The notes: generated from the sequence alone by a model not told the origin. A stretch of DNA of 64,000 nucleotides from an uncultured Hormoscilla sp. (GCA_963921275.4 OZ001293.3:2944001-3008000), one strand, 5' to 3'; positions 1 through 12,755 are shown, counted from the first letter of the stretch. Numbers and translations: made by a program.

Positions 1-207
1 CGGCGCGACGATAGGAGCGCTGCGCAGCCGCTGCGCAGCCGCTAGCGTCCCGAAGACATCGAAAGGGTCTGGAGGTTGCAAGTCTTGTACTGTCGCCTCG
101 ATGGTTGACTCTAAGCTATTGGTGGCTCCGGGAATGTCATCTAATGGTCGATTTTCAACTAGTTCTTCTGTTGGCAGGTTATTTGGGGTGTCAGCCGGTG
201 TACTCAT
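1..207 (-). CDS. 5' part of a hypothetical protein running off the window edge
   Basis: ATG at 207; frame open to position 1 (MSTPADTPNNLPTEELVENRPLDD...); same strand as and downstream of csaB. Confidence 0.4.
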   Translation of the reverse strand, partial: MSTPADTPNNLPTEELVENRPLDDIPGATNSLESTIEATVQDLQPPDPFDVFGTLAAAQRLRSAPIVAP

Positions 208-289
208 AATTTTTCGGACTATTAAAGGATCTCAAGAATGGATTGCGGGGCTGCTGCCGACACCCCAAATTAATACCAATAGTATGATT

Positions 290-1357
290 TTAATCTCTAC
301 TCTGCCCATCTGGGGCTAAAATTTGATGCAATAAATCTCGATGACTCAGGGCCCGGTCTACAAGGGACTGAATTTGATTGGCATCTAGGGGAGCTCTCTG
401 GCGGAAATGTGCTAACCAGGTTTTGCTAAGAAGATGGGGATCCTCTGGCATTTGGGCTAACTGCCATCCAGGTAGAGCCAGTTCTGCCATCAGTTGGTCT
501 ACCTTCGGATCGTAACTGACGGCTATGCATTGACATTGGGCTGCTGCTGCCATAATCATAGCATGCAGGCGCATGGCGATCGCCATCTGTACCCCCTGAA
601 ATACCCCTTTGAGAACTTTGGGATCTTCGAGCATGATAATTTGGCTGACTCCCGATAGCTGGGGTCCGATGGCCTGGGCGATCGGCATCTCGATGTCTGG
701 TTGAAAGAGGAGGAGTAAGATGCTGGCATTGGTAGCTTGCTGAAATAGTACCAGAGCCCGGGTGAGATTGTCCAGTCGCTGTGGTGTCAGTTGGGGGTGT
801 GGGCGCAATGTGACGGCAACTCTCGGTTCTGGTAAGTCCCGCAGTGCTGGGACTGGTTTTGAGTCTAAGGCCCAAACGGGGTCTGGTGCTAAATTATAGG
901 GTATTTGCCATGCTTGCAGGACGGCAGCTGAGGCTCGATCGCGGACCGAGACTGCCGTGCAACCAGCAAAGGCCCGCCGCGCGATCGCCCGAGTCAGGGG
1001 ACGGTGTAGGGGGCCAATTCCCTGGGCCCAAGCAATTGTTTTCAAGCCCATCTGTTGTGCTAATCCCATCAAACCACTATAGTATAGAGGACTAAGAGCG
1101 CTAGTGGCATCTTGGATTAAACTACCGCCGCCCCAGATGAAAACCTCTGAGTTACTTAATGCTGACAGGACTTGGAACGCGGATAGGCGATCGCGAGAAA
1201 CCACCCCGTAGCGAGTCTGGGTTTGGTGAGGATTTCCTGACAATACCAAAGGCGTCACATTTTCTGGTAACATTTGCAATAGGGTGGCCAGCAATGCCTC
1301 ATCGCCGCCATTACCTTTACCATAGTAGCCGCACAATACCGCCCTAATTTTCTTCAT
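290..1357 (-). CDS. csaB: polysaccharide pyruvyl transferase CsaB
   Basis: GYYGKGNGGDEALL, GGGSLIQD, SVRD, MRLH and SYDPKV motifs. Confidence 0.92.
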   Translation of the reverse strand: MKKIRAVLCGYYGKGNGGDEALLATLLQMLPENVTPLVLSGNPHQTQTRYGVVSRDRLSAFQVLSALSNSEVFIWGGGSLIQDATSALSPLYYSGLMGLAQQMGLKTIAWAQGIGPLHRPLTRAIARRAFAGCTAVSVRDRASAAVLQAWQIPYNLAPDPVWALDSKPVPALRDLPEPRVAVTLRPHPQLTPQRLDNLTRALVLFQQATNASILLLLFQPDIEMPIAQAIGPQLSGVSQIIMLEDPKVLKGVFQGVQMAIAMRLHAMIMAAAAQCQCIAVSYDPKVDQLMAELALPGWQLAQMPEDPHLLSKTWLAHFRQRAPLDANQIQSLVDRALSHRDLLHQILAPDGQSRD

Positions 1358-1398
1358 TTTATCTTAGCTTTCCATTCTCAATTCACCAATAGTAATTT

Positions 1399-1701
1399 AT
1401 GCATGCTCTCTCAATTCCAACTTGGATCATTCACATATCTAGCGTCATTGAGTGGATCGCCGCCATCTGGTATATCTGGACCTATGGCGAACTGACGCGC
1501 GATCGCACTTGGTACGGGTTATCATTAGCGATGCTACCAGCACTGATCGGCGCCATGTGTGCTTGCACCTGGCATTTTTTTGATAACCCTGCATCTTTAG
1601 AATGGCTCGTTACTCTACAAGCAGCGATGACAGTTTTAGGTAACTGCACCGTCTGTGCTACTGGTTGGTGGATCTGGCGATCTAGTCTCAGCGAACAGTG
1701 A
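1399..1701 (+). CDS. ycf49: Ycf49 / DUF2499 membrane protein
   Basis: MHALSIPTWIIHISSVIEW...AMCACTWHFFDN signature. Confidence 0.88.
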   Translation: MHALSIPTWIIHISSVIEWIAAIWYIWTYGELTRDRTWYGLSLAMLPALIGAMCACTWHFFDNPASLEWLVTLQAAMTVLGNCTVCATGWWIWRSSLSEQ

Positions 1702-1755
1702 GCATTACCAGTGCCGGAGTTCATCAGCAATCAACAATTAACAATCAACAAATAG

Positions 1756-2046
1756 ATGATTTCTAAAGACACGCTGTTTGCGTTATCCCTGTTTCCCTAC
1801 CTAGGATTTCTGTGGTTTATTACCCGCTCGGGGAAAATGCCGCGTTTATCCCTGATAGGATTTTACATGACTCTAGTGTTTGTTGGCGTCACCATTCCAG
1901 CGGGTATTTACTCCCAGGTAGCCTATAGTGAATCTTTAGCAAATGTAGATTGGCTGCACGGAGGCGCGGAGTTCTTTTTAACCCTGTCGAATATTTTGAT
2001 TGTCCTGGGTTTCTATCAAGCGGTGAGGGAGAAAAAGCAGGAATAA
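1756..2046 (+). CDS. DUF3593 membrane protein
   Basis: LFALSLFPYLGFL and LANVDWLHGGAE; usual neighbour of ycf49. Confidence 0.85.
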   Translation: MISKDTLFALSLFPYLGFLWFITRSGKMPRLSLIGFYMTLVFVGVTIPAGIYSQVAYSESLANVDWLHGGAEFFLTLSNILIVLGFYQAVREKKQE

Positions 2047-2174
2047 ACAGGACTTTTATGGATGGCTAATTGTGAATTGTCCCTCGTTTATTAATATCCA
2101 TAGCGCAGTTCATATCGCGCGGCGCGCGCGTCGCGCCGCAATTATAAATTCGTTCCAGACAAGAAGTGTTAGTG

Positions 2175-5100
2175 TTATCGAGATAATGATTGCAGCCAAA
2201 CCTGATTATTGCGCAACTCTCGTAGACTTGCTATAATTTTCACTGCATTTTCTGGATCTTGCACCCAGAATTCATGTCCAAAACGAATCACACGACGAAT
2301 GTGAAAGTCTTTACCCTCGACGAGCGCGAGCACGGGAACTTTGGGTTTATGGGTCTCTCCTGAGAGGTCTTTCAACCTTGATGATAGTTGATTGTGAAAT
2401 ACCTTACTACTAGCCATCTTATCGGTCAGTTTCATCACCACCAGGTAATTGAGTTCAATCCGGACAGCGTCTGACACCATCAGCAACCACCTTTCGGCAT
2501 CCTGTTGTTGCACTTTCCCCCAAAGCATGACAAGGCTGTCCTCCCACCGTTCCGGAAAAATCAGAGATGAGCCAATTTTCTGATACAGCTCTGGTTTAAC
2601 AATGGCCACACCCGATCCAGTCAAGTCCTTAAGCACCAGAAATGTCAGGCGTGAGTCCTCTGGTTTATGTTCAGTATGATGGACTTCTTCGATCGTAGCA
2701 ACCACCCGGACAGCTACTTGGGAGTGCTGTTGTGACAGATGGCTGAGATTAATCGGATCGAGACCCAGTTTTTTCGCTGTGAGTTGTACGGACTTCAGGT
2801 GCTGGAGTTTTTGCCGATCGATTTCACCTTTTGTTTGGGTTGGCGATCTGAAGCGATCGCTATCTGGAAAAACGTAAGACTGCTGCGGCGTCCTCAAACG
2901 CACCAACCGCTGCTCTGATTTGACGAACGCTGCGCGAAAAATCGACTCATTTTCTTCTGGTTCTGACTGAGGTTCCATATTCATCTTCTGGTGTTTTGGT
3001 GGCTGGCTATCTGAGGCGATCGAGGATCTCCCCCCGGGGGTTTCAACCCCCGACAACCCCTGACCATAAGGGGGGAACCCCTCATTTTCTTCTGGTTCTG
3101 ACTGAGGTTCTATCTCGATTTTTCGCGCAGCGTTCTCCTGTTTTGGTGGCTGGGTATCTGAGGCGATCGAGGATCTCCCCCGATTTTTCGCGCAGCGTTC
3201 CTCCTTCCCATACATCTCGAACCGATCTATTTCCGGTTCCGACTGGGGTTTTGTTCCGGAAAAATCGTCCGACATCAACTGCTCCTCTGGTGGCTGGAAG
3301 TCATCTATTTCTGGTTCCCACTGGGGTGCGGATAACATCCTCTGCTGCTCTGGTTTTTCAGCATTATCCACGATCAACTGAACTTTTTGTTCATCCTGGC
3401 GATCGGGTTTCCCTATGAGGATCCGTGGATTATCATGTTCGAGCAACTCTTCAATATCTTCATAACTTTTGGGAAAGACGATCGCTTCTGCTTTTCCAGT
3501 CAGGTCTTCTATTTGCATAAATGCCATGCGATCGCCATTTTTCGTGATATGCTGTTTCACCTCTGTAAGCATCACTAGGACTTTAATCTGTGTTCTGCCT
3601 TTTTGCTCCTCTAGCTGGTCCAAATTTATGGCATCTTCCGGTCGCTGCACCGATTTCAGGGGATGAGCCGAAACGTAATATCCCAAGTATTCCTTTTCCC
3701 ACTTCAACTTTTCTTCCACGGTACAATCCTTAACAACCGGTAGCTCCGGAGCCGGTGACTTAAAGCTTTCCATGTTAAATAGAGTCAGCTGGGAGCCGGA
3801 GTTAAGGCTATTTTTATTTTTCTGTGCCCACTCGGTCACGTCTTTGAGATATTCTAATAATTGATAGCGATTGGAGTTTATCATATCGAATGCTCCACAT
3901 TTGATTAAAGCTTCCAAAGCGCGTTTGTTTACCGCCTGCAAATCTAGACGATCGCACATCGAAGCCAGATCCTGAAACTCACCACCCTCTTTCTGGGCCT
4001 TAATAATAGATTCTATTGCATGTGTGCCCAGATTTTTCACCGCCGACAGTCCAAATAAAATCTTTTTTCCCTCTGGCCTAAATTTCACTCCAGAGCGATT
4101 AATATTTGGTCCTTCTACCTCAATGCCCATTTTCTTACAATTAACGATATATTTTTGCACCTTATCCTGGTCGGAGCTGTTTTCACTCAGCAGCACCGCC
4201 ATATATTCTTCGGGATAGTTCGCCTTTAAGTAAGCCGTTTGATAGGTTACATAGGCATAGGCTGTAGAATGAGATTTGTTAAAGCAATATTCGGCAAACT
4301 TCACCATTTGCTCGAATAAACTTTCCGCTACATCTGTATGTATACCATTTTTTGCCGAACCATCTAGAAATTTTTCTCTATGCTTTTGCATTTCTTCTGG
4401 CTTCTTTTTTCCGATACTTCTCCTCAGTAAATCTGCTTGACCCAAGGAATATCCTGCCAAATCTTGAGCTACTTTCATAATCTGTTCTTGATAAACTAGA
4501 ACTCCGTAAGTTTCTTTGAGAATTGGCTCCAGCATGGGATGTTCGTAGGCAATTTTTTCCCGACCGTGCTTGCGATCGATAAATTTATCAACCAGTCCCG
4601 CATCCAAAGGTCCAGGTCGGTACAGGGCTAGAATCGAAGATATATCTTCTATATTATCAGGTTTCAATTTCTGTACCACCTGACGCATTCCCGAAGATTC
4701 TAATTGAAAGATGCCTTCTAAATCCCCTTTCCCTAGCAGCTCGTATGTTTTTTTGATATCTGGGGGAATTTTCTTTACTGTTCCTTTTGCAAAAATTTTC
4801 CAAGCTTCTCTCTCCTGTAGGGGAAATTGGTCTGGATTTATATCAAATTTACGAGTTTCTTTAATCAATTCTACCGTATTCTGAATAATCGTCAAGTTTT
4901 TCAATCCCAGAAAGTCCATTTTTAACAGACCCAGAGATTCCAGTTCTTCCATCGAATACTGAGTGATCGCCGCCCCTTCATTATTCTTTTGCAGCGGCAC
5001 AATTTCATCCAACGGTTCCGCTGAAATCACCACTCCCGCTGCATGCACGCCAGCGCTTTTGTTTGTCCCTTCTAACCGCATCGCCATATCTATCCACTGG

Positions 5101-6662
5101 CGGACCGGAATGTCGCCGGTGATTTCTCCCCGATCGTTTTTAACTTCAACTTTGCCATTTTCGTATGCTTCTTTGAACTTCGGTTCCGGCGACTCATCGG
5201 AAATCATCTCCTTCAGTTTTGCTGGTTTCCCCCGCGCTACCGGGATTAATTTCGCCATCCGATCGGCGTCTCCGTAGGAAACCCCCAAAACTCTGGCCAC
5301 ATCTTTGAGAACCGCCTTGGAAGTCATCCGGTTAAAAGTAATAATTTGGGCTACCTTTTCTTTACCATACTTATCCGTGACATATTTAATCATGTCATCC
5401 CTTCTTTCAATGCAGAAATCAGAGTCAATATCCGGCATTGATTTTCGTTCGGGATTGAGAAATCGTTCAAATAGCAGTCCGTGATGTACGGGATCTATAT
5501 TAGTAATTCTCAGTGCATAGGCCACCAGAGAACCGGCTGCACTTCCCCGTCCAGGCCCCACTGGAATGTGATTCTTTCTGGCATAATTTATATAATCCCA
5601 AACTACTAAGAAGTAACTGGAAAATTTTTTTTCCTGCATTACTTTCAGCTCAATTCCTAACCGTTCTTTATATTCTGGATAGCGCGTTTCAATTTCCTTG
5701 CGTCCTTTGCAGTTTAGCCGTTCTTCCAGTCCTTCCCATGTTTTTTCCTCAAGAAAACTATCTGGTGTATGGCCTTCCTTCTGATAATTGGGGATGCGCG
5801 GTGCCCCCATTATGTCATATGCTTGCACCTTATTCGCCACTTCTACCGTGTTCGCGATCGCCTTTTCGATCGCCTGATCTGGCAAATGATCTCTAAACAA
5901 CTGCTTCATCTCCTCTGCTGACTTGAGATACTCCGTCCCGCTGTAGCGAAAAGTCCGCTTTTCATCATTAAATAACTTATTCGTGTTAATACAAAGTAGA
6001 GCATCGTGAGCTTCTACATCATAGCAATCAATATAATGGGAATCATTAGTCGCCACTACCTTAATTCCCAGTTCCTGGGCCATATCCCAGATTTCCACAT
6101 TAACTATTCTATCTTCCTGGTAACCGTGGTCTTGAATCTCTAAATAGTAATCCTCTCCAAATATTTCCTTGTACCATTTTGCCACTTCCCAAGCTTCTTT
6201 TGCTCGATCGTTGAGAATTAGCTTTGGCACTTCTCCCGCCCGGCAACCACTGGTTACTATCAGACCTTCATGGTATTCTGCTAGCAATTCTTTTGTGATA
6301 CAAGGACGGGCAAATATCCCGCTGCCTTGCTTTCCCTCTAGATGGGACTTTGTCGTCAGCTTGACTAGATTTTTATAGCCCTGTGTATTTTTCGCCAACA
6401 CCGTTTGGTGATGGTTGCTGTACTTCCCTTTATGATTTTTAATTGTGTTATTTACCACATACATTTCATTGCCGATAATTGGCTTAATGTTTTTGCTCCT
6501 GCAAACCTTAATCAGCTCTATCGCCCCATACATTACCCCGTGGTCCGTCAGGGCGATCGCCTCCATACCCAACTCTTTAGCTCTAGAAACCAATTGTGGC
6601 AGTTGAGAAGCACCATCCAGCAGACTATAATCACTGTGAATATGTAGACCTACAAAATCCAT
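2175..6662 (-). CDS. dnaE: DNA polymerase III alpha subunit, contiguous (no intein), with repeat-rich linker and duplicated OB fold
   Basis: PHP motifs [23 protein letters not shown], catalytic PDIDSDF and KMDFLGL, uninterrupted [11 protein letters not shown]. Confidence 0.96.
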   Translation of the reverse strand: MDFVGLHIHSDYSLLDGASQLPQLVSRAKELGMEAIALTDHGVMYGAIELIKVCRSKNIKPIIGNEMYVVNNTIKNHKGKYSNHHQTVLAKNTQGYKNLVKLTTKSHLEGKQGSGIFARPCITKELLAEYHEGLIVTSGCRAGEVPKLILNDRAKEAWEVAKWYKEIFGEDYYLEIQDHGYQEDRIVNVEIWDMAQELGIKVVATNDSHYIDCYDVEAHDALLCINTNKLFNDEKRTFRYSGTEYLKSAEEMKQLFRDHLPDQAIEKAIANTVEVANKVQAYDIMGAPRIPNYQKEGHTPDSFLEEKTWEGLEERLNCKGRKEIETRYPEYKERLGIELKVMQEKKFSSYFLVVWDYINYARKNHIPVGPGRGSAAGSLVAYALRITNIDPVHHGLLFERFLNPERKSMPDIDSDFCIERRDDMIKYVTDKYGKEKVAQIITFNRMTSKAVLKDVARVLGVSYGDADRMAKLIPVARGKPAKLKEMISDESPEPKFKEAYENGKVEVKNDRGEITGDIPVRQWIDMAMRLEGTNKSAGVHAAGVVISAEPLDEIVPLQKNNEGAAITQYSMEELESLGLLKMDFLGLKNLTIIQNTVELIKETRKFDINPDQFPLQEREAWKIFAKGTVKKIPPDIKKTYELLGKGDLEGIFQLESSGMRQVVQKLKPDNIEDISSILALYRPGPLDAGLVDKFIDRKHGREKIAYEHPMLEPILKETYGVLVYQEQIMKVAQDLAGYSLGQADLLRRSIGKKKPEEMQKHREKFLDGSAKNGIHTDVAESLFEQMVKFAEYCFNKSHSTAYAYVTYQTAYLKANYPEEYMAVLLSENSSDQDKVQKYIVNCKKMGIEVEGPNINRSGVKFRPEGKKILFGLSAVKNLGTHAIESIIKAQKEGGEFQDLASMCDRLDLQAVNKRALEALIKCGAFDMINSNRYQLLEYLKDVTEWAQKNKNSLNSGSQLTLFNMESFKSPAPELPVVKDCTVEEKLKWEKEYLGYYVSAHPLKSVQRPEDAINLDQLEEQKGRTQIKVLVMLTEVKQHITKNGDRMAFMQIEDLTGKAEAIVFPKSYEDIEELLEHDNPRILIGKPDRQDEQKVQLIVDNAEKPEQQRMLSAPQWEPEIDDFQPPEEQLMSDDFSGTKPQSEPEIDRFEMYGKEERCAKNRGRSSIASDTQPPKQENAARKIEIEPQSEPEENEGFPPYGQGLSGVETPGGRSSIASDSQPPKHQKMNMEPQSEPEENESIFRAAFVKSEQRLVRLRTPQQSYVFPDSDRFRSPTQTKGEIDRQKLQHLKSVQLTAKKLGLDPINLSHLSQQHSQVAVRVVATIEEVHHTEHKPEDSRLTFLVLKDLTGSGVAIVKPELYQKIGSSLIFPERWEDSLVMLWGKVQQQDAERWLLMVSDAVRIELNYLVVMKLTDKMASSKVFHNQLSSRLKDLSGETHKPKVPVLALVEGKDFHIRRVIRFGHEFWVQDPENAVKIIASLRELRNNQVWLQSLSR

Positions 6663-6744
6663 AATTGCTAATTGTTAGTTGGTTAAATCTTGAGCCCTGG
6701 TGGGCGCGGCCCACCTAACCCATCTCCACCACCCAATTTGACAA

Positions 6745-8199
6745 CTAAATCGGGGGGTTTTTTAAATGCCAGCTCGTCGTTTGCTCGTAGGCATTCGCCA
6801 CTTCCAACAGCTGGTCTTCTCGCAGTACCTTGCCTATTAATTGTAGACCGATCGGTAGTCCTTTCTCATCAAAACCACAGGGTATACTTAAAGCTGGCAG
6901 TCCTGCCAGATTAACTGGGATAGTCATCAAGTCCAATAAGTACATACTCAAGGGGTCTTCTGTTTTTTCTCCCGCCTTAAAAGCCGTCGTCGGAGCCGTG
7001 GGACAGGCCAATATATCTACCTTAGCAAAAGCCCGATCAAAGTCTTGCTTAATTAAAGTCCGGACCTTTTGGGCCTTAAGATAGTAGGCATCATAATACC
7101 CCGCAGAGAGAGCATAAGTCCCAATCATAATCCGGCGTTTCACTTCGGCCCCAAAGCCAACAGCACGAGTCTTACCATACATAGATAGGAGATTATCCCC
7201 CTCCACCCGCAAGCCATATTTTACCCCATCATAACGGGCCAGATTCGCTGACGCTTCCGAAGGAGCGATAATGTAGTAGGCTAGCAGACCGTAGCGGAAA
7301 CGGGGACAGGAAACTATCTGAACCTCTGCTCCCAAGTCCTGTAGATGTTCGATCGCCTTTTTCACTGTCTCTTCTACTGCCAGTTCTAACCCCGAGCCAA
7401 AGGTTTCTGCAATCACCCCGATTCTCAGCCGTCCTCTGGCCTTAAAATTGGGTTTGAGCATCCCCACATAGTCGGGAACCTCAGCATTCAGACTGGTAGC
7501 ATCTTTGGGATCGTAACCCGCGATCACCTGCAACAGAATCGCCGCATCTTCTACTGTACGACCCAATGGTCCAATTTGATCCAGAGACGAAGCAAAAGCC
7601 ACCAACCCATAACGAGACACCCGACCATAAGTAGGCTTGAGACCGAAGATGCCGCAGAACGATGCCGGTTGACGAATCGATCCTCCCGTATCCGAACCCA
7701 CAGCCACCACTGCTTGAGATGATGCTACCGCCGCTGCCGATCCGCCGGAGGAACCCCCTGGCACCCGGGATAGATCCCAAGGGTTAGCCGTCCCTTGATA
7801 AGCGGAAGTCTCTGTCGAACCTCCCATCGCGAACTCATCCAGATTAGTTTTCCCCACCATCACCGCACCCGCCGCCGCCAGTTTTTCCGTCACCGTTGAG
7901 GAGTAAGGTGGCACAAAACCTTCCAGAATGCGGGAACCACAAGTCGTGGGGATCCCTTTAGTACAGAGAATGTCCTTTATGGCGATCGGGATCCCTGCCA
8001 GCAGTCCTATTTCTTCTCCTGCGGCTATTTTAGCATCCACCGCCTTTGCCTGTTCCAGAGCCCGAGCGGCTGACACGCACAAGAAGCTGTGTAACTTTGG
8101 CTCCAAGGTCTCAATGCGATCAAGGGCTGCTTGGGTTATTTCTGTAGCCGAACGCTCTTTATTTATCAGTTGATTGTGCAACTCGCGAATGGATGTCAT
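6745..8199 (-). CDS. gatA: Asp/Glu-tRNA amidotransferase subunit A
   Basis: amidase signature [32 protein letters not shown]. Confidence 0.97.
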   Translation of the reverse strand: MTSIRELHNQLINKERSATEITQAALDRIETLEPKLHSFLCVSAARALEQAKAVDAKIAAGEEIGLLAGIPIAIKDILCTKGIPTTCGSRILEGFVPPYSSTVTEKLAAAGAVMVGKTNLDEFAMGGSTETSAYQGTANPWDLSRVPGGSSGGSAAAVASSQAVVAVGSDTGGSIRQPASFCGIFGLKPTYGRVSRYGLVAFASSLDQIGPLGRTVEDAAILLQVIAGYDPKDATSLNAEVPDYVGMLKPNFKARGRLRIGVIAETFGSGLELAVEETVKKAIEHLQDLGAEVQIVSCPRFRYGLLAYYIIAPSEASANLARYDGVKYGLRVEGDNLLSMYGKTRAVGFGAEVKRRIMIGTYALSAGYYDAYYLKAQKVRTLIKQDFDRAFAKVDILACPTAPTTAFKAGEKTEDPLSMYLLDLMTIPVNLAGLPALSIPCGFDEKGLPIGLQLIGKVLREDQLLEVANAYEQTTSWHLKNPPI

Positions 8200-8702
8200 A
8201 CTCGGTACCTTCTCTAATCTTCCGTCCCGATTTTACTATAAGCCCAGCCCATCTCTTTTCTCTATTCTACCACAGCACCTGCAGAAGCAATTAAAATTCA
8301 AATTGCCAAGCTAATAACACAGCTCTCATTTATGCAAATTAAATGCATAAAGTTTATCATTCTTTCTCAATCACCTAGAGTCCAGTCAAATATTTTTCCC
8401 ATCACGACCTTCTACCATCAACCAGATCTTTTCAAAAAACCTGGTTTCTTACTTTAAGTATCGCTTCTTTTCGATCGCTGCTATATTCTATCATTTCTTT
8501 AGCAGCACTTATCTTTTTTTGATTATATACGATCGAGTATTCATCTTGCGAGCGGAGAAAATCAAGAGACAGGACAACGAAATTGATCGAGTAAAAATTC
8601 CAGATCGCGATCGACCAAGTCATCGCGATCTGGATGGCCGCGCCGACAGCGAATATACAGGCAATTATCCAGTGACTCGACACCTGCATGGTTAGTAAAT
8701 CT

Positions 8703-8990
8703 TTACATCTGGCCATTGAGGAATGGTGTCCTAGCTGCTGGCGCCGTCAACTCCCCCACCCATTCTTCAAAAATTGTCAGATTTATCGGTTTGCAGCGCA
8801 CCACTACAACTCTAATGCCGATCGCCCCTTCCTTTTCCAAGTCTTCTATGTATCCTGACTGGGCTACTTCCGCTCCCTTCTTGTTCGCAAACGGTCCGAA
8901 ATAGTAGGTGCAACGGGGGGTCTCGGTGACAATTTCCACCCACCATGCTAAACCCAGGGCGTTCAGAGAGCTAATCATCAATTCTTTCAT
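8703..8990 (-). CDS. DUF1816 protein
   Basis: AWWVEIVTETPRCTYYFGPF...GYIEDL signature. Confidence 0.85.
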   Translation of the reverse strand: MKELMISSLNALGLAWWVEIVTETPRCTYYFGPFANKKGAEVAQSGYIEDLEKEGAIGIRVVVVRCKPINLTIFEEWVGELTAPAARTPFLNGQM

Positions 8991-9094
8991 TTCTTTTACC
9001 TCTTTATCAATGTTTGAGCGATATTATCCGGTGGTCCACAGGGGTTAGGTGCATTACATTTTGTTATGGTTCATTACTTTTCTTGTTTCACTGC

Positions 9095-10012
9095 TTAACT
9101 ATTCTTTACATTATTACCCAAATTCAGGGTATTTTCCCAGCGCTGACGAAAAATTTCATAAAGACTCATGGCCGCTGCTACCGATGCATTCAAGGTCGTA
9201 GTGTGTCCCAGCAGCGGGATGGAGACCAACAGGTCGCAGTAGCGTTGTGTCAACATACTCAGACCTTCGCCTTCCGAGCCTACTACTAATACCACCGGTC
9301 CAGTAAACTTAACAGCCTGTATTGGCTGACTAGCGGATGCGGCAGTGCCATAGATCCAAAAACCAGCCTCTTTCAATTCTTCCAAGGCCCGACTGAGATT
9401 GACAACCCGGGCAACTGGAAAATATTCTAAAGACCCTGCCGCCACCTTCATCACTGTCGAAGTCACCCCGGAGGCCCGGCGTTGGGGAATCACCAGTCCC
9501 TGACTCCCCAAAGCCTCTGCTGTGCGGATAATGGCACCTAAGTTTTGAGGGTCAGTAATGCCATCGGCTACCACCAGTACCGGTTGTTCGGAAATAGATT
9601 TGGCTTTTGCGATCAGTTCGCCCAGGTTAATGTAGGCGTAGGGCGCTACTGTTGCTGCCACACCCTGGTGATTGGCGTGACTGGTAATCTGGTTCAGACG
9701 CCGGTAGGAAACCTCATCGATGACTGTGCCAGTTGCCTTCGCTTGCAGCAGCTGGGAGTGAAAGCGAGGATCGTAGCGCATGCGTTCCGCGATCCAGACT
9801 CGGTTTAAGCGGCGCTTACCTCTCAGGGCCGCTAGGACAGTATGAATGCCGTAGATTAAATCAGTCTCTTGGTCAGTTGCTTGTGGGTCGGGGGCGACTG
9901 TGGCTGCTGGCGGTCGCGAGTTCCCTATAGGTTGAGGGCGCGATCGATCGCTCTTGGGCTTGTCCGGTTTCCCCCGCTGAGACTGAAGTTTTCGATCTTT
10001 TGGGGCTGCCAT
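9095..10012 (-). CDS. rlmB: 23S rRNA Gm2251 methyltransferase (SPOUT)
   Basis: [31 protein letters not shown]. Confidence 0.93.
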   Translation of the reverse strand: MAAPKDRKLQSQRGKPDKPKSDRSRPQPIGNSRPPAATVAPDPQATDQETDLIYGIHTVLAALRGKRRLNRVWIAERMRYDPRFHSQLLQAKATGTVIDEVSYRRLNQITSHANHQGVAATVAPYAYINLGELIAKAKSISEQPVLVVADGITDPQNLGAIIRTAEALGSQGLVIPQRRASGVTSTVMKVAAGSLEYFPVARVVNLSRALEELKEAGFWIYGTAASASQPIQAVKFTGPVVLVVGSEGEGLSMLTQRYCDLLVSIPLLGHTTTLNASVAAAMSLYEIFRQRWENTLNLGNNVKNS

Positions 10013-10260
10013 AGAGTTTTCATTGCCTCATCTGCTAGTATAATGTATCAATCTGACATTAATCTGTGATCGTTGACACAATTTCGACGGGTTGTAGTAA
10101 ACACGAAGCGTGTTTACGCGATAGTCAGTTGCGTTGTGGGACAGGATTAGCTTGTATCAAGGGAAAGTCAAACTACCTGAAACCCTTTATCTGTGAGAAT
10201 TTCGGGCAGACCTCAATTAACAACCAACAACTAACAACTGACTACTAACATGAGAATCCT

Positions 10261-10698
10261 TCATCCTTCCAGATCCAGCTGTGCCAACAACTGGTTCAAT
10301 CGCTGGCAGTCTGTGAGGTATAGGTATCCGATCAAAGTCTCTAAGCTAGTAGCTTGCTGGTATGTTTCTGGGTCTAAGCGTCGGGGACATCCTGTAGCGC
10401 CGTTCCGTCCGCGCTTCAAAATTTCCAGTTCCACTGGAGTGAGGTGAGGTTCTAAAGAGTGTAAATGTCGCGCCTGACTTTCTGCTCGTACCTGGGCCAC
10501 CACTTGATGATGATAATCCCGCGATCGCTTGGGGGGCATCAGGTAATGGGTGCGGATATGTAGCTCATAGACAGCATCTCCTAAATAAGCCAATGCCGAG
10601 GGCGAAAGTCGTTTGATATCTGCCGGTGACAATGACAACCCCGGCTGAGTATTAAAGACCACCTGTTCCAAGATAGCAAACCTCACCAAAAAAAACAA
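10261..10698 (-). CDS. mrnC: Mini-ribonuclease III (start uncertain)
   Basis: [32 protein letters not shown]. Confidence 0.9.
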   Translation of the reverse strand: MFFLVRFAILEQVVFNTQPGLSLSPADIKRLSPSALAYLGDAVYELHIRTHYLMPPKRSRDYHHQVVAQVRAESQARHLHSLEPHLTPVELEILKRGRNGATGCPRRLDPETYQQATSLETLIGYLYLTDCQRLNQLLAQLDLEG

Positions 10699-10743
10699 GC
10701 TATCCAGAAAAACCTCTGGATAGCTTTCTGAGCGGTTGGTGGC

Positions 10744-11136
10744 TCAAGACTTCTGGTTCTGGACATGTTCGACAGCCTCATCTATCGAGTTCCGCAAGGA
10801 CAAGAACTTCTCTAGTCGAACTACCTTCACAGTTTGAGTCACGCGAGCATTTGAGACGATTTGCAAAGTGCCTTCGGAATTTTGAGCCTTCTTGACCAGT
10901 TGCACTAATGCTCCTAGGCCAGAACTTTCAACAAAGTCTATCATCGAGAGGTCCAAAATAATATTGGTCGGACCCTCATCGATATACATGCCGATCTTCT
11001 TACGAAAAGCTGGCTCGGAAAAGGCGTCTAACAAACCAGCGAGGCGAAATATTTGATAATTTTCCCTGACATCACGAGTGCCTCTTAAACTAACGGTCAG
11101 GGTTAGTGGCTCAGGAATAAAACCCCCTCCTATCAA
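10744..11136 (-). CDS. STAS-domain anti-sigma factor antagonist (start uncertain)
   Basis: GLLDAFSEP, LDLSMIDFVESSGLGALV. Confidence 0.88.
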   Translation of the reverse strand: MIGGGFIPEPLTLTVSLRGTRDVRENYQIFRLAGLLDAFSEPAFRKKIGMYIDEGPTNIILDLSMIDFVESSGLGALVQLVKKAQNSEGTLQIVSNARVTQTVKVVRLEKFLSLRNSIDEAVEHVQNQKS

Positions 11137-11448
11137 TATCGATCGTTTTCAACTCTTTAGATATATCCGGTTGCGTCGTCCGGACGCCCGGAGTAAGCTG
11201 TCGCTCATCTAAACTGCATATCGCTCATCTAAACTGCATATTTGGGCTGAGGGTAAAATCGTGGCAACCACCAGACCCATAAGCGTTGATTGCCAGAATG
11301 GCCATGTTAAAATAGGTAATTTAAATGCGCGACAGCTTATACTTTATCCTACTTCATTGTTTCTTGTGGTGTCCTGACAACTATCGATCTGTTTGGCTCT
11401 ATCAGGATCGATAATCTAGATTAACATGGGCAATGGGGTTTGTGCAAC

Positions 11449-12606
11449 CTATCCAGGGACGGAAGCACGAGCCGATCGCATGGCCTGGACAAACCGCTCG
11501 AACAGATAATCGGCGTCATGGGGACCAGGACTGGCCTCTGGGTGATGCTGGACGGAAAATAGCGGTAGGGATTTGTGCCGCAACCCCGCGACGGTGTGGT
11601 CATTGAGGTTCCAGTGGCTAATTTCCACATCGGCGTTGGCCAAGGATTCCGGATCGATGGCAAAACTGTGATTCTGGCTGGTAATCTCAATCTGTTGAGA
11701 CAACCCAGCTGGCTGATTTAAGCCGCGATGACCGAATTTGAGCTTGTAGGTTTGGGCCCCCAAGGACAGCCCTAAAATCTGGTGTCCCATACAGATGCCA
11801 AACATGGGTTTTTCCGCACCCAACAGGGCTTTGGTAGTTTCGATCCCTTCGGTGACGGCGGCTGGATCTCCAGGACCGTTGGAAAGAAAGATGCCATCGG
11901 GGTTGTATTTGAGGATCTCTGCTGCGGGGGTGCTGGCCGGGACGACGATGACGCGGCAACCGTAACTGGCCAAGCGGCGGAGAATATTGCGTTTGATGCC
12001 AAAATCAATGGCGACTACGGTGAAGGTTTCCGTGGTGCTACCCACACCAGTGGGGTTGAACTCCCAAACCTCCTCGGTGGCCTCAGACCACTCGTAGACT
12101 TGGGATGTGGTCACTTCGCGAACGAGATTTAAGCCATTCATGCTGGGTGCAAGCTTTACTTGGGCGAGTAATTCGGCCTCGTCCAGGATTTCGGTGGAAA
12201 TGCCGCCGTTCATGGCCCCGACAACGCGGATTCTGCGGGTGACGGCGCGGGTGTCGATGCCGTATATGGCGATAATGCCGTGTTGTTTCAGGTAGTCCGG
12301 TAGAGATTGGGTGGATCGCCAGTTGCTGGGGCGGGTGCAGATGTTGCGGGCGATCGCCCCCTTTACCTGGGGTCTACTGGATTCTTCATCTTCTGGGTTA
12401 ACACCGGTGTTTCCCAATTCCGGATAGGTGAAGGTGACGATCTGACCGCAGTAGCTGGGGTCGGTCAGGACTTCTTGATAGCCAGTCATCCCGGTGTTAA
12501 ACACGACCTCCCCTATGGTGGTTCCGGTGGCACCGAAAGACCAGCCGCGATAGCTGGAACCATCAGCAAGCACTAGCAAGGCGGACTTAGCATGAGAATT
12601 TGGCAT
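11449..12606 (-). CDS. carA: carbamoyl-phosphate synthase small subunit
   Basis: [40 protein letters not shown]. Confidence 0.97.
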   Translation of the reverse strand: MPNSHAKSALLVLADGSSYRGWSFGATGTTIGEVVFNTGMTGYQEVLTDPSYCGQIVTFTYPELGNTGVNPEDEESSRPQVKGAIARNICTRPSNWRSTQSLPDYLKQHGIIAIYGIDTRAVTRRIRVVGAMNGGISTEILDEAELLAQVKLAPSMNGLNLVREVTTSQVYEWSEATEEVWEFNPTGVGSTTETFTVVAIDFGIKRNILRRLASYGCRVIVVPASTPAAEILKYNPDGIFLSNGPGDPAAVTEGIETTKALLGAEKPMFGICMGHQILGLSLGAQTYKLKFGHRGLNQPAGLSQQIEITSQNHSFAIDPESLANADVEISHWNLNDHTVAGLRHKSLPLFSVQHHPEASPGPHDADYLFERFVQAMRSARASVPG

Positions 12607-12755
12607 AGATATGTTCGTAAAGCTGACAACGATGGTTATTATGGCACGATCGCCCTGGGTTCGATGGGTATCTGGATGACAAATTCTGCCCCTGTGCCAG
12701 TGCTGCTATAGGCGATGGTGCTGATAACCGGAGGCGGGCGGTATCTCCTGTGGGC

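Noticed and set aside
8432..8716. 94-aa ORF downstream of DUF1816
   Set aside because: No recognisable motif; ends in a dispersed AAACCTGGTTTCT repeat
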